Source: Lepidodermella squamata
Taxonomy: Eukaryota; Animalia; Gastrotricha
DNA: 64,000 nucleotides
Direction of reading: 5' to 3'
NCBI GenBank assembly: GCA_047495785.1
Contig: JBLDXI010000023.1
Location: 1 to 64,000, forward strand
Of this stretch, positions 1 to 12,531 are shown in pieces. A program made the position numbers and the translations under genes. The notes under the pieces are model-generated. The model was not told the DNA's origin, did not search any database, and saw only the letters and a program-made list of their open reading frames with translations. How positions within the stretch are numbered: the first letter of the stretch is position 1; the number at the start of each line of letters is the position of its first letter.

Positions 1-3000
1 CTGCTAATAGCGATTCCAGCCAGTTTTGGCTGCCAGCGAAATACCGGTCATCCGAATTGTACGCGAATCGCCTGCAAACGTGTTTGCGCTTGCTGCCAAT
101 AACAAATAGAGCACGGCTATGCGTGATTTGCCCGGTTTCAGGATGATGCCGAACATGGGCGACACGTGCAAGGGCTGCTAATAGCGATTCCAGCCAGTTT
201 TGGCTGGCAGCGAAATACCGGTCATCCGAATTGTACGCGAATCGCCTGCAAACGTGTTTGCGCTTGCTGCCACTAACGAATAGAGCACGGCTATGCGTGA
301 TTTGCCCGGTTTCAGGATGATGCCGAACATGGGCGACACGTGCAAGGGCTGCTAATAGCGATTCCAGCCAGTTTTGGCTGGCAGCGAAATACCGGTCATC
401 CGAATTGTACGCGAATCGCCTGCAAACGTGTTTGCGCTTGCTGCCACTAACAAATGAAGCACGGCTATGCGTGATTTGCCCGGTTTCAGGATGATGCCGA
501 ACATGGGCGACACGAGCAAGGGCTGCTAATAGCGATTCCAGCCAGTTTTGGCTGCCAGCGAAATACCGGTCATCCGAATTGTACGCGAATCGCCTGCAAA
601 CGTGTTTGCGCTTGCTGCCACTAACAAATAGAGCAGGGCTATGCGTGATTTGCCCGGTTTCAGGATGATGCCGAACATGGGCGACACGTGCAAGGGCTGC
701 TAATAGCGATTCCAGCCAGTTTTGGCTGGCAGCGAAATACCGGTCATCCGAATTGTACGCGAATCGCCTGCAAACGTGTTTGCGCTTGCTGCCACTAACA
801 AATAGAGCACGGCTATGCGTGATTTGCCCGGTTTCAGGATGATGCCGAACATGGGCGACACGTGCAAGGGCTGCTAATAGCGATTCCAGCCAGTTTTGGC
901 TGGCAGCGAAATACCGGTCATCCGAATTGTACGCGAATCGCCTGCACACGTGTTTGCGCTTGCTGCCACTAACGAATAGAGCACGGCTATGCGTGATTTG
1001 CCCGGTTTCAGGATGATGCCGAACATGGGCGACACGTGCAAGGGCTGCTAATAGCGATTCCAGCCAGTTTTGGCTGGCAGCGAAATACCGGTCATCCGAA
1101 TTGTACGCGAATCGCCTGCAAACGTGTTTGCGCTTGCTGCCACTAACGAATAGAGCACGGCTATGCGTGATTTGCCCGGTTTCAGGATGATGCCGAACAT
1201 GGGCGACACGTGCAAGGGCTGCTAATAGCGATTCCAGCCAGTTTTGGCTGGCAGCGAAATACCGGTCATCCGAATTGTACGCGAATCGCCTGCAAACGTG
1301 TTTGCGCTTGCTGCCACTAACAAATAGAGCACGGCTATGCGTGATTTGCCCGGTTTCAGGATGATGCCGAACATGGGCGACACGTGCAAGGGCTGCTAAT
1401 AGCGATTCCAGCCAGTTTTGGCTGGCAGCGAAATACCGGTCATCCGAATTGTACGCGAATCGCCTGCAAACGTGTTTGCGCTTGCTGCCACTAACGAATA
1501 GAGCACGGCTATGCGTGATTTGCCCGGTTTCAGGATGATGCCGAACATGGGCGACACGTGCAAGGGCTGCTAATAGCGATTCCAGCCAGTTTTGGCTGGC
1601 AGCGAAATACCGGTCATCCGAATTGTACGCGAATCGCCTGCAAACGTGTTTGCGCTTGCTGCCACTAACGAATAGAGCACGGCTATGCGTGATTTGCCCG
1701 GTTTCAGGATGATGCCGAACATGGGCGACACGTGCAAGGGCTGCTAATAGCGATTCCAGCCAGTTTTGGCTGGCAGCGAAATACCGGTCATCCGAATTGT
1801 ACGCGAATCGCCTGCAAACGTGTTTGCGCTTGCTGCCACTAACGAATAGAGCACGGCTATGCGTGATTTGCCCGGTTTCAGGATGATGCCGAACATGGGC
1901 GACACGTGCAAGGGCTGCTAATAGCGATTCCAGCCAATTTTGGCTGCCAGCGAAATACCGGTCATCCGAATTGTACGCGAATCGCCTGCAAACGTGTTTG
2001 CGCTTGCTGCCACTAACAAATAGAGCACGGCTATGCGTGATTTGCCCGGTTTCAGGATGATGCCGAACATGGGCGACACGTGCAAGGGCTGCTAATAGCG
2101 ATTCCAGCCAGTTTTGGCTGGCAGCGAAATACCGGTCATCCGAATTGTACGCGAATCGCCTGCAAACGTGTTTGCGCTTGCTGCCACTAACGAATAGAGC
2201 ACGGCTATGCGTGATTTGCCCGGTTTCAGGATGATGCCGAACATGGGCGACACGTGCAAGGGCTGCTAATAGCGATTCCAGCCAGTTTTGGCTGGCAGCG
2301 AAATACCGGTCATCCGAATTGTACGCGAATCGCCTGAAAACGTGTTTGCGCTTGCTGCCACTAACGAATAGAGCACGGCTATGCGTGATTTGCCCGGTTT
2401 CAGGATGATGCCGAACATGGGCGACACGTGCAAGGGCTGCTAATAGCGATTCCAGCCAGTTTTGGCTGGCAGCGAAATACCGGTCATCCGAATTGTACGC
2501 GAATCGCCTGAAAACGTGTTTGCGCTTGCTGCCACTAACGAATAGAGCACGGCTATGCGTGATTTGCCCGGTTTCAGGATGATGCCGAACATGGGCGACA
2601 CGTGCAAGGGCTGCTAATAGCGATTCCAGCCAGTTTTGGCTGGCAGCGAAATACCGGTCATCCGAATTGTACGCGAATCGCCTGCAAACGTGTTTGCGCT
2701 TGCTGCCACTAACGAATAGAGCACGGCTATGCGTGATTTGCCCGGTTTCAGGATGATGCCGAACATGGGCGACACGTGCAAGGGCTGCTAATAGCGATTC
2801 CAGCCAGTTTTGGCTGGCAGCGAAATACCGGTCATCCGAATTGTACGCGAATCGCCTGAAAACGTGTTTGCGCTTGCTGCCACTAACGAATAGAGCACGG
2901 CTATGCGTGATTTGCCCGGTTTCAGGATGATGCCGAACATGGGCGACACGTGCAAGGGCTGCTAATAGCGATTCCAGCCAGTTTTGGCTGGCAGCGAAAT

Positions 3001-6000
3001 ACCGGTCATCCGACTTGTACGCGAATCGCCTGCACACGTGTTTGCGCTTGCTGCCACTAACGAATAGAGCACGGCTATGCGTGATTTGCCCGGTTTCAGG
3101 ATGATGCCGAACATGGGCGACACGTGCAAGGGCTGCTAATAGCGATTCCAGCCAGTTTTGGCTGGCAGCGAAATACCGGTCATCCGAATTGTACGCGAAT
3201 CGCCTGAAAACGTGTTTGCGCTTGCTGCCACTAACGAATAGAGCACGGCTATGCGTGATTTGCCCGGTTTCAGGATGATGCCGAACATGGGCGACACGTG
3301 CAAGGGCTGCTAATAGCGATTCCAGCCAGTTTTGGCTGGCAGCGAAATACCGGTCATCCGAATTGTACGCGAATCGCCTGCAAACGTGTTTGCGCTTGCT
3401 GCCACTAACGAATAGAGCACGGCTATGCGTGATTTGCCCGGTTTCAGGATGATGCCGAACATGGGCGACACGAGCAAGGGCTGCTAATAGCGATTCCAGC
3501 CAGTTTTGGCTGGCAGCGAAATACCGGTAATCCGACTTGTACGCGAATCGCCTGCACACGTGTTTGCGCTTGCTGCCACTAACGAATAGAGCACGGCTAT
3601 GCGTGATTTGCCCGGTTTCAGGATGATGCCGAACATGGGCGACACGTGCAAGGGCTGCTAATAGCGATTCCAGCCAGTTTTGGCTGGCAGCGAAATACCG
3701 GTCATCCGAATTGTACGCGAATCGCCTGCAAACGTGTTTGCGCTTGCTGCCACTAACGAATAGAGCACGGCTATGCGTGATTTGCCCGGTTTCAGGATGA
3801 TGCCGAACATGGGCGACACGTGCAAGGGCTGCTAATAGCGATTCCAGCCAGTTTTGGCTGGCAGCGAAATACCGGTCATCCGAATTGTACGCGAATCGCC
3901 TGCAAACGTGTTTGCGCTTGCTGCCACTAACGAATAGAGCACGGCTATGCGTGATTTGCCCGGTTTCAGGATGATGCCGAACATGGGCGACACGTGCAAG
4001 GGCTGCTAATAGCGATTCCAGCCAGTTTTGGCTGGCAGCGAAATACCGGTCATCCGAATTGTACGCGAATCGCCTGCAAACGTGTTTGCGCTTGCTGCCA
4101 CTAACGAATAGAGCACGGCTATGCGTGATTTGCCCGGTTTCAGGATGATGCCGAACATGGGCGACACGAGCAAGGGCTGCTAATAGCGATTCCAGCCAGT
4201 TTTGGCTGGCAGCGAAATACCGGTCATCCGAATTGTACGCGAATCGCCTGCAAACGTGTTTGCGCTTGCTGCCACTAACGAATAGACCACGGCTATGCGT
4301 GATTTGCCCGGTTTCAGGATGATGCCGAACATGGGCGACACGAGCAAGGGCTGCTAATAGCGATTCCAGCCAGTTTTGGCTGGCAGCGAAATACCGGTCA
4401 TCCGAATTGTACGCGAATCGCCTGCAAACGTGTTTGCGCTTGCTGCCACTAACGAATAGAGCACGGCTATGCGTGATTTGCCCGGTTTCAGGATGATGCC
4501 GAACATGGGCGACACGTGCAAGGGCTGCTAATAGCGATTCCAGCCAGTTTTGGCTGGCAGCGAAATACCGGTAATCCGACTTGTACGCGAATCGCCTGCA
4601 AACGTGTTTGCGCTTGCTGCCACTAACGAATAGAGCACGGCTATGCGTGATTTGCCCGGTTTCAGGATGATGCCGAACATGGGCGACACGTGCAAGGGCT
4701 GCTAATAGCGATTCCAGCCAGTTTTGGCTGGCAGCGAAATACCGGTCATCCGAATTGTACGCGAATCGCCTGAAAACGTGTTTGCGCTTGCTGCCACTAA
4801 CGAATAGAGCACGGCTATGCGTGATTTGCCCGGTTTCAGGATGATGCCGAACATGGGCGACACGTGCAAGGGCTGCTAATAGCGATTCCAGCCAGTTTTG
4901 GCTGGCAGCGAAATACCGGTCATCCGAATTGTACGCGAATCGCCTGCAAACGTGTTTGCGCTTGCTGCCACTAACAAATGAAGCACGGCTATGCGTGATT
5001 TGCCCGGTTTCAGGATGATGCCGAACATGGGCGACACGAGCAAGGGCTGCTAATAGCGATTCCAGCCAGTTTTGGCTGGCAGCGAAATACCGGTCATCCG
5101 AATTGTACGCGAATCGCCTGAAAACGTGTTTGCGCTTGCTGCCACTAACGAATAGAGCACGGCTATGCGTGATTTGCCCGGTTTCAGGATGATGCCGAAC
5201 ATGGGCGACACGTGCAAGGGCTGCTAATAGCGATTCCAGCCAGTTTTGGCTGGCAGCGAAATACCGGTCATCCGAATTGTACGCGAATCGCCTGCAAACG
5301 TGTTTGCGCTTGCTGCCACTAACGAATAGAGCACGGCTATGCGTGATTTGCCCGGTTTCAGGATGATGCCGAACATGGGCGACACGAGCAAGGGCTGCTA
5401 ATAGCGATTCCAGCCAGTTTTGGCTGGCAGCGAAATACCGGTAATCCGACTTGTACGCGAATCGCCTGCACACGTGTTTGCGCTTGCTGCCACTAACGAA
5501 TAGAGCACGGCTATGCGTGATTTGCCCGGTTTCAGGATGATGCCGAACATGGGCGACACGTGCAAGGGCTGCTAATAGCGATTCCAGCCAGTTTTGGCTG
5601 GCAGCGAAATACCGGTCATCCGAATTGTACGCGAATCGCCTGCAAACGTGTTTGCGCTTGCTGCCACTAACGAATAGAGCACGGCTATGCGTGATTTGCC
5701 CGGTTTCAGGATGATGCCGAACATGGGCGACACGTGCAAGGGCTGCTAATAGCGATTCCAGCCAGTTTTGGCTGGCAGCGAAATACCGGTCATCCGAATT
5801 GTACGCGAATCGCCTGCAAACGTGTTTGCGCTTGCTGCCACTAACGAATAGAGCACGGCTATGCGTGATTTGCCCGGTTTCAGGATGATGCCGAACATGG
5901 GCGACACGTGCAAGGGCTGCTAATAGCGATTCCAGCCAGTTTTGGCTGGCAGCGAAATACCGGTCATCCGAATTGTACGCGAATCGCCTGCAAACGTGTT

Positions 6001-9000
6001 TGCGCTTGCTGCCACTAACGAATAGAGCACGGCTATGCGTGATTTGCCCGGTTTCAGGATGATGCCGAACATGGGCGACACGAGCAAGGGCTGCTAATAG
6101 CGATTCCAGCCAGTTTTGGCTGGCAGCGAAATACCGGTCATCCGAATTGTACGCGAATCGCCTGCAAACGTGTTTGCGCTTGCTGCCACTAACGAATAGA
6201 CCACGGCTATGCGTGATTTGCCCGGTTTCAGGATGATGCCGAACATGGGCGACACGAGCAAGGGCTGCTAATAGCGATTCCAGCCAGTTTTGGCTGGCAG
6301 CGAAATACCGGTCATCCGAATTGTACGCGAATCGCCTGCAAACGTGTTTGCGCTTGCTGCCACTAACGAATAGAGCACGGCTATGCGTGATTTGCCCGGT
6401 TTCAGGATGATGCCGAACATGGGCGACACGTGCAAGGGCTGCTAATAGCGATTCCAGCCAGTTTTGGCTGGCAGCGAAATACCGGTAATCCGACTTGTAC
6501 GCGAATCGCCTGCAAACGTGTTTGCGCTTGCTGCCACTAACGAATAGAGCACGGCTATGCGTGATTTGCCCGGTTTCAGGATGATGCCGAACATGGGCGA
6601 CACGTGCAAGGGCTGCTAATAGCGATTCCAGCCAGTTTTGGCTGGCAGCGAAATACCGGTCATCCGAATTGTACGCGAATCGCCTGAAAACGTGTTTGCG
6701 CTTGCTGCCACTAACGAATAGAGCACGGCTATGCGTGATTTGCCCGGTTTCAGGATGATGCCGAACATGGGCGACACGTGCAAGGGCTGCTAATAGCGAT
6801 TCCAGCCAGTTTTGGCTGGCAGCGAAATACCGGTCATCCGAATTGTACGCGAATCGCCTGCAAACGTGTTTGCGCTTGCTGCCACTAACAAATGAAGCAC
6901 GGCTATGCGTGATTTGCCCGGTTTCAGGATGATGCCGAACATGGGCGACACGAGCAAGGGCTGCTAATAGCGATTCCAGCCAGTTTTGGCTGGCAGCGAA
7001 ATACCGGTCATCCGAATTGTACGCGAATCGCCTGCAAACGTGTTTGCGCTTGCTGCCACTAACGAATAGACCACGGCTATGCGTGATTTGCCCGGTTTCA
7101 GGATGATGCCGAACATGGGCGACACGTGCAAGGGCTGCTAATAGCGATTCCAGCCAGTTTTGGCTGGCAGCGAAATACCGGTCATCCGAATTGTACGCGA
7201 ATCGCCTGCAAACGTGTTTGCGCTTGCTGCCACTAACGAATAGAGCACGGCTATGCGTGATTTGCCCGGTTTCAGGATGATGCCGAACATGGGCGACACG
7301 TGCAAGGGCTGCTAATAGCGATTCCAGCCAGTTTTGGCTGGCAGCGAAATACCGGTAATCCGACTTGTACGCGAATCGCCTGCACACGTGTTTGCGCTTG
7401 CTGCCACTAACGAATAGAGCACGGCTATGCGTGATTTGCCCGGTTTCAGGATGATGCCGAACATGGGCGACACGTGCAAGGGCTGCTAATAGCGATTCCA
7501 GCCAGTTTTGGCTGGCAGCGAAATACCGGTCATCCGAATTGTACGCGAATCGCCTGCAAACGTGTTTGCGCTTGCTGCCACTAACGAATAGAGCACGGCT
7601 ATGCGTGATTTGCCCGGTTTCAGGATGATGCCGAACATGGGCGACACGTGCAAGGGCTGCTAATAGCGATTCCAGCCAGTTTTGGCTGGCAGCGAAATAC
7701 CGGTCATCCGAATTGTACGCGAATCGCCTGCAAACGTGTTTGCGCTTGCTGCCACTAACGAATAGAGCACGGCTATGCGTGATTTGCCCGGTTTCAGGAT
7801 GATGCCGAACATGGGCGACACGTGCAAGGGCTGCTAATAGCGATTCCAGCCAGTTTTGGCTGGCAGCGAAATACCGGTCATCCGAATTGTACGCGAATCG
7901 CCTGCAAACGTGTTTGCGCTTGCTGCCACTAACGAATAGAGCACGGCTATGCGTGATTTGCCCGGTTTCAGGATGATGCCGAACATGGGCGACACGTGCA
8001 AGGGCTGCTAATAGCGATTCCAGCCAGTTTTGGCTGGCAGCGAAATACCGGTCATCCGAATTGTACGCGAATCGCCTGCAAACGTGTTTGCGCTTGCTGC
8101 CACTAACAAATAGAGCACGGCTATGCGTGATTTGCCCGGTTTCAGGATGATGCCGAACATGGGCGACACGAGCAAGGGCTGCTAATAGCGATTCCAGCCA
8201 GTTTTGGCTGGCAGCGAAATACCGGTCATCCGAATTGTACGCGAATCGCCTGCACACGTGTTTGCGCTTGCTGCCACTAACAAATAGAGCACGGCTATGC
8301 GTGATTTGCCCGGTTTCAGGATGATGCCGAACATGGGCGACACGTGCAAGGGCTGCTAATAGCGATTCCAGCCAGTTTTGGCTGCCAGCGAAATACCGGT
8401 CATCCGACTTGTACGCGAATCGCCTGCACACGTGTTTGCGCTTGCTGCCACTAACGAATAGAGCACGGCTATGCGTGATTTGCCGGTTTCAGGATGATGC
8501 CGAACATGGGCGACACGTGCAAGGGCTGCTAATAGCGATTCCAGCCAGTTTTGGCTGCCAGCGAAATACCGGTCATCCGAATTGTACGCGAATCGCCTGC
8601 AAACGTGTTTGCGCTTGCTGCCACTAACAAATAGAGCACGGCTATGCGTGATTTGCCCGGTTTCAGGATGATGCCGAACATGGGCGACACGAGCAAGGGC
8701 TGCTAATAGCGATTCCAGCCAGTTTTGGCTGCCAGCGAAATACCGGTCATCCGAATTGTACGCGAATCGCCTGCAAAACGTGTTTGCGCTTGCTGCCACT
8801 AACAAATAGAGCACAGCTATGCGTGATTTGCCCGGTTTCAGGATGATGCCGAACATGGGCGACACGAGCAAGGGCTGCTAATAGCGATTCCAGCCAGTTT
8901 TGGCTGCCAGCGAAATACCGGTCATCCGAATTGTACGCGAATCGCCTGCAAACGTGTTTGCGCTTGCTGCCACTAACAAATAGAGCACGGCTATGCGTGA

Positions 9001-10660
9001 TTTGCCCGGTTTCAGGATGATGCCGAACATGGGCGACACGAGCAAGGGCTGCTAATAGCGATTCCAGCCAGTTTTGGCTGCCAGCGAAATACCGGTCATC
9101 CGAATTGTACGCGAATCGCCTGCAAACGTGTTTGCGCTTGCTGCCACTAACGAATAGAGCACGGCTATGCGTGATTTGCCCGGTTTCAGGATGATGCCGA
9201 ACATGGGCGACACGTGCAAGGGCTGCTAATAGCGATTCCAGCCAGTTTTGGCTGGCAGCGAAATACCGGTCATCCGAATTGTACGCGAATCGCCTGCAAA
9301 CGTGTTTGCGCTTGCTGCCACTAACAAATAGAGCACGGCTATGCGTGATTTGCCCGGTTTCAGGATGATGCCGAACATGGGCGACACGAGCAAGGGCTGC
9401 TAATAGCGATTCCAGCCAGTTTTGGCTGCCAGCGAAATACCGGTCATCCGAATTGTACGCGAATCGCCTGCAAACGTGTTTGCGCTTGCTGCCACTAACG
9501 AATAGAGCACGGCTATGCGTGATTTGCCCGGTTTCAGGATGATGCCGAACATGGGCGACACGAGCAAGGGCTGCTAATAGCGATTCCAGCCAGTTTTGGC
9601 TGCCAGCGAAATACCGGTCATCCGAATTGTACGCGAATCGCCTGCAAACGTGTTTGCGCTTGCTGCCACTAATAAATAGAGCAGGGCTATGCGTGATTTG
9701 CCCGGTTTCAGGATGATGCCGAACATGGGCGACACGTGCAAGGGCTGCTAATAGCGATTCCAGCCAGTTTTGGCTGGCAGCGAAATACCGGTCATCCGAA
9801 TTGTACGCGAATCGCCTGCAAACGTGTTTGCGCTTGCTGCCACTAACAAATAGAGCACGGCTATGCGTGATTTGCCCGGTTTCAGGATGATGCCGAACAT
9901 GGGCGACACGAGCAAGGGCTGCTAATAGCGATTCCAGCCAGTTTTGGCTGCCAGCGAAATACCGGTCATCCGAATTGTACGCGAATCGCCTGCAAACGTG
10001 TTTGCGCTTGCTGCCACTAACGAATAGAGCAGGGCTATGCGTGATTTGCCCGGTTTCAGGATGATGCCGAACATGGGCGACACGTGCAAGGGCTGCTAAT
10101 AGCGATTCCAGCCAGTTTTGGCTGGCAGCGAAATACCGGTCATCCGAATTGTACGCGAATCGCCTGCACACGTGTTTGCGCTTGCTGCCACTAACAAATA
10201 GAGCACAGCTATGCGTGATTTGCCCGGTTTCAGGATGATGACGAACATGGGCGACACGAGCAAGGGCTGCTAATAGCGATTCCAGCCAGTTTTGGCTGGC
10301 AGCGAAATACCGGTCATCCGAATTGTACGCGAATCGCCTGCAAACGTGTTTGCGCTTGCTGCCACTAACGAATAGAGCACGGCTATGCGTGATTTGCCCG
10401 GTTTCAGGATGATGCCGAACATGGGCGACACGTGCAAGGGCTGCTAATAGCGATTCCAGCCAGTTTTGGCTGGCAGCGAAATACCGGTCATCCGAATTGT
10501 ACGCGAATCGCCTGCAAACGTGTTTGCGCTTGCTGCCACTAACGAATAGAGCACGGCTATGCGTGATTGGCCCGGTTTCAGGATGATGCCGAACATGGGC
10601 GACACGTGCAAGGGCTGCTAATAGCGATTCCAGCCAGTTTTGGCTGGCAGCGAAATACCG
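1..10660. repeat. 174-bp tandem satellite array, left arm (about 61 monomers; continues beyond window start)
   Basis: The monomer ctgctaatagcgattccagccagttttggctggcagcgaaataccggtcatccg...gacacgtgcaaggg recurs every 174 bp (e.g. positions 1, 1741, 3481, 5221 and 6961 start identically). Monomers differ by only a few recurrent SNPs. Confidence 0.98.
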
Positions 10661-10971
10661 TATAACGGCTCATCAGCCTTCAGCTTTGCCTCGAGTCAAG
10701 AATGCCCTGGCTCAACTTACCTTCGGATCCATAATTAATGTAAATATGTTATACATCCATGGAATTATAATAATTAATAATCTAAAAGAATATAAATAAT
10801 AATTAATGTATATATATGTGAATACTTAATGAAAGATGTTATATTGTTATAGCGTGGAGAACCTGATTTGGGGTTCTGTTTAGGAAATAAAGATCAGTCT
10901 TGGCGGATTCAGCTTGAGTGTTACTTATAATTTAGTTATACTGAACCAGGTCACGGTAATAGACCGTTTTA
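10661..10971 (+). repeat. 5' LTR (311 bp)
   Basis: Matches 16776-17086. Termini TATAACGG...CCGTTTTA form a 7/8 inverted repeat. AT-rich core with AATAAA. Ends are ambiguous by 1 nt because of microhomology with the target. Confidence 0.93.
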
Positions 10972-10972
10972 T

Positions 10973-10990
10973 TGGCGCCGAGACCCGATT
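10973..10990 (+). promoter_or_regulatory. Primer-binding site (tRNA primer identity not determined)
   Basis: TGGCGCCGAGACCCGATT begins after a 1-nt spacer following the 5' LTR; TGG is complementary to the tRNA 3' CCA. Confidence 0.8.
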
Positions 10991-11049
10991 TTTCTTTTAA
11001 TTTTTTGTTTTGTTTTGCTTTAATTTCGTGAGAGGCTCGAGTCTATTTC

Positions 11050-12531
11050 ATGTTTATAGACGACGAGTACGAGGATCAAGAGCAATTAATTTTAAATCGT
11101 CCTCCTGAATACCCGGCACATTTGTCTTTTGCATCACCTACTGTGCGTGGACCTTCTCGTACACACACTTCGAGTAGGGTGGATAGTCAGTCAAACACTC
11201 GTTCTGATTTAGATTCATATATTAACTCACCCGTTTCTTCAGATCAGCGGTTAAACTCGCAAATTTCAGGATTTTCCGTACTTTCAGAACTTCCGAATTC
11301 GACGGTGTATTCTGAGCCGGTGCTTAGGTCTGAACCGGACTACGACCGTGTGCTTCCGCCTGTTGGTGAATTTTTCGCAGTGCTTCCTCCAGTTTCTACG
11401 ATAGCCTCAACTTATCAGGTTCTTCAGTCGTCGAACTCGGGTGAGTCATCAAATTTTTCGAGTACATCGGTTTCTTCCTCGTCGTCTGATTTTGCAGATA
11501 TGTCTGGGTCGGATTCCGAGCCGGTATCAGCACGTCGGTCGAGGCGTGGATCTGTCCGTCGAGCGGTGGCGAATGGCGACGTAGTCGTGAATCGTGGTTC
11601 TCGGCGATCTTACGCACCGGTACCACCAGGTGTACTTCGGAAACCGGAGAAATTTTCGGGTGACGATGGCGAGAAATTCAAGCCATGGCTTGCTGATCTT
11701 AGCGCGTATTTAGACGCGGAGAGCATTTTTGGGCTGCAACGCGTCACCATGCTTCGCAACTATCTGATTGGGAGAGCTTCGCGAAAGTTCACAGTGGTCG
11801 AGGCGATTCTTGGGCCAGATTCTTCTTTCAGAGCGTTTGGAAAGGAGTTGGTCGAGCGGTTAGATCGTCCGCCGAATCGTGAAGAGGCACAGGCAAGGCT
11901 GAGAACGGCTCGTCGTGGAAACAATCGACCCGATGAGTTTGTAGTCGAGTTGAAGGAGTGGGCCGAACTGGGTTTCCCAGAGCCCAGTTATAGCGACCGC
12001 GAGCGAACAGCGCACGTTTTGGATAGCTTCATCCGAGGGATTGGTGACAAGGACCTTTCTCGCGAGCTTTATCGGCAAAAAGAAATCACCATCAAAAGCG
12101 CCGTCAAGAGGGCGGAGTCTTGGTTCGATGCCGATAAGAAGGTAGAAGCTTTCGCTGGTTTCGCCCCAGTTCAGACGGTTTCTGCGGCGCCCGACTTTGA
12201 AGAGTTGCGTCGAGAGAACGAGCAGCTGCGGTTACAGTTGGCAGCTATGAGAGTTAGAGACATCAGCGTAGCGGCGGTGTCTGGTTCGATGGCTAGCGGG
12301 TCGTCGAAAACCACGTCAGCACGATTTGATGCGTCGCCAGTCGTCGACGGTCAGCGGACGGGTGGTGCCTGGGCGGATTCGGCTGGTGCGGCTCGTGGGT
12401 CTGGTGCAGCCATGTCTCAAGATGTTCGACAGTTGAAGGAGCCGGTGCTGCGAGGGGCTGCATTTTGTTATCGTTGTAGTCAACCATACCACGGTCACAC
12501 AGCCTGCAAAACAACAAATTCGGGTTTTTAG
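11050..12531 (+). CDS. gag: Gag (493 aa) of the Gypsy element
   Basis: Capsid-like KPEKFSG...W segment, a coiled coil, and a C-terminal zinc knuckle CYRCSQPYHGHTAC. Confidence 0.92.
   Translation: MFIDDEYEDQEQLILNRPPEYPAHLSFASPTVRGPSRTHTSSRVDSQSNTRSDLDSYINSPVSSDQRLNSQISGFSVLSELPNSTVYSEPVLRSEPDYDRVLPPVGEFFAVLPPVSTIASTYQVLQSSNSGESSNFSSTSVSSSSSDFADMSGSDSEPVSARRSRRGSVRRAVANGDVVVNRGSRRSYAPVPPGVLRKPEKFSGDDGEKFKPWLADLSAYLDAESIFGLQRVTMLRNYLIGRASRKFTVVEAILGPDSSFRAFGKELVERLDRPPNREEAQARLRTARRGNNRPDEFVVELKEWAELGFPEPSYSDRERTAHVLDSFIRGIGDKDLSRELYRQKEITIKSAVKRAESWFDADKKVEAFAGFAPVQTVSAAPDFEELRRENEQLRLQLAAMRVRDISVAAVSGSMASGSSKTTSARFDASPVVDGQRTGGAWADSAGAARGSGAAMSQDVRQLKEPVLRGAAFCYRCSQPYHGHTACKTTNSGF
12522..12528 (+). 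promoter_or_regulatory. Putative -1 ribosomal frameshift slippery heptamer G GGT TTT at the gag/pol junction
   Basis: X XXY YYZ in the gag frame immediately before the gag TAG. The -1 frame from 12528 is open into the protease, with no ATG before LIDTGA. Confidence 0.75.
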
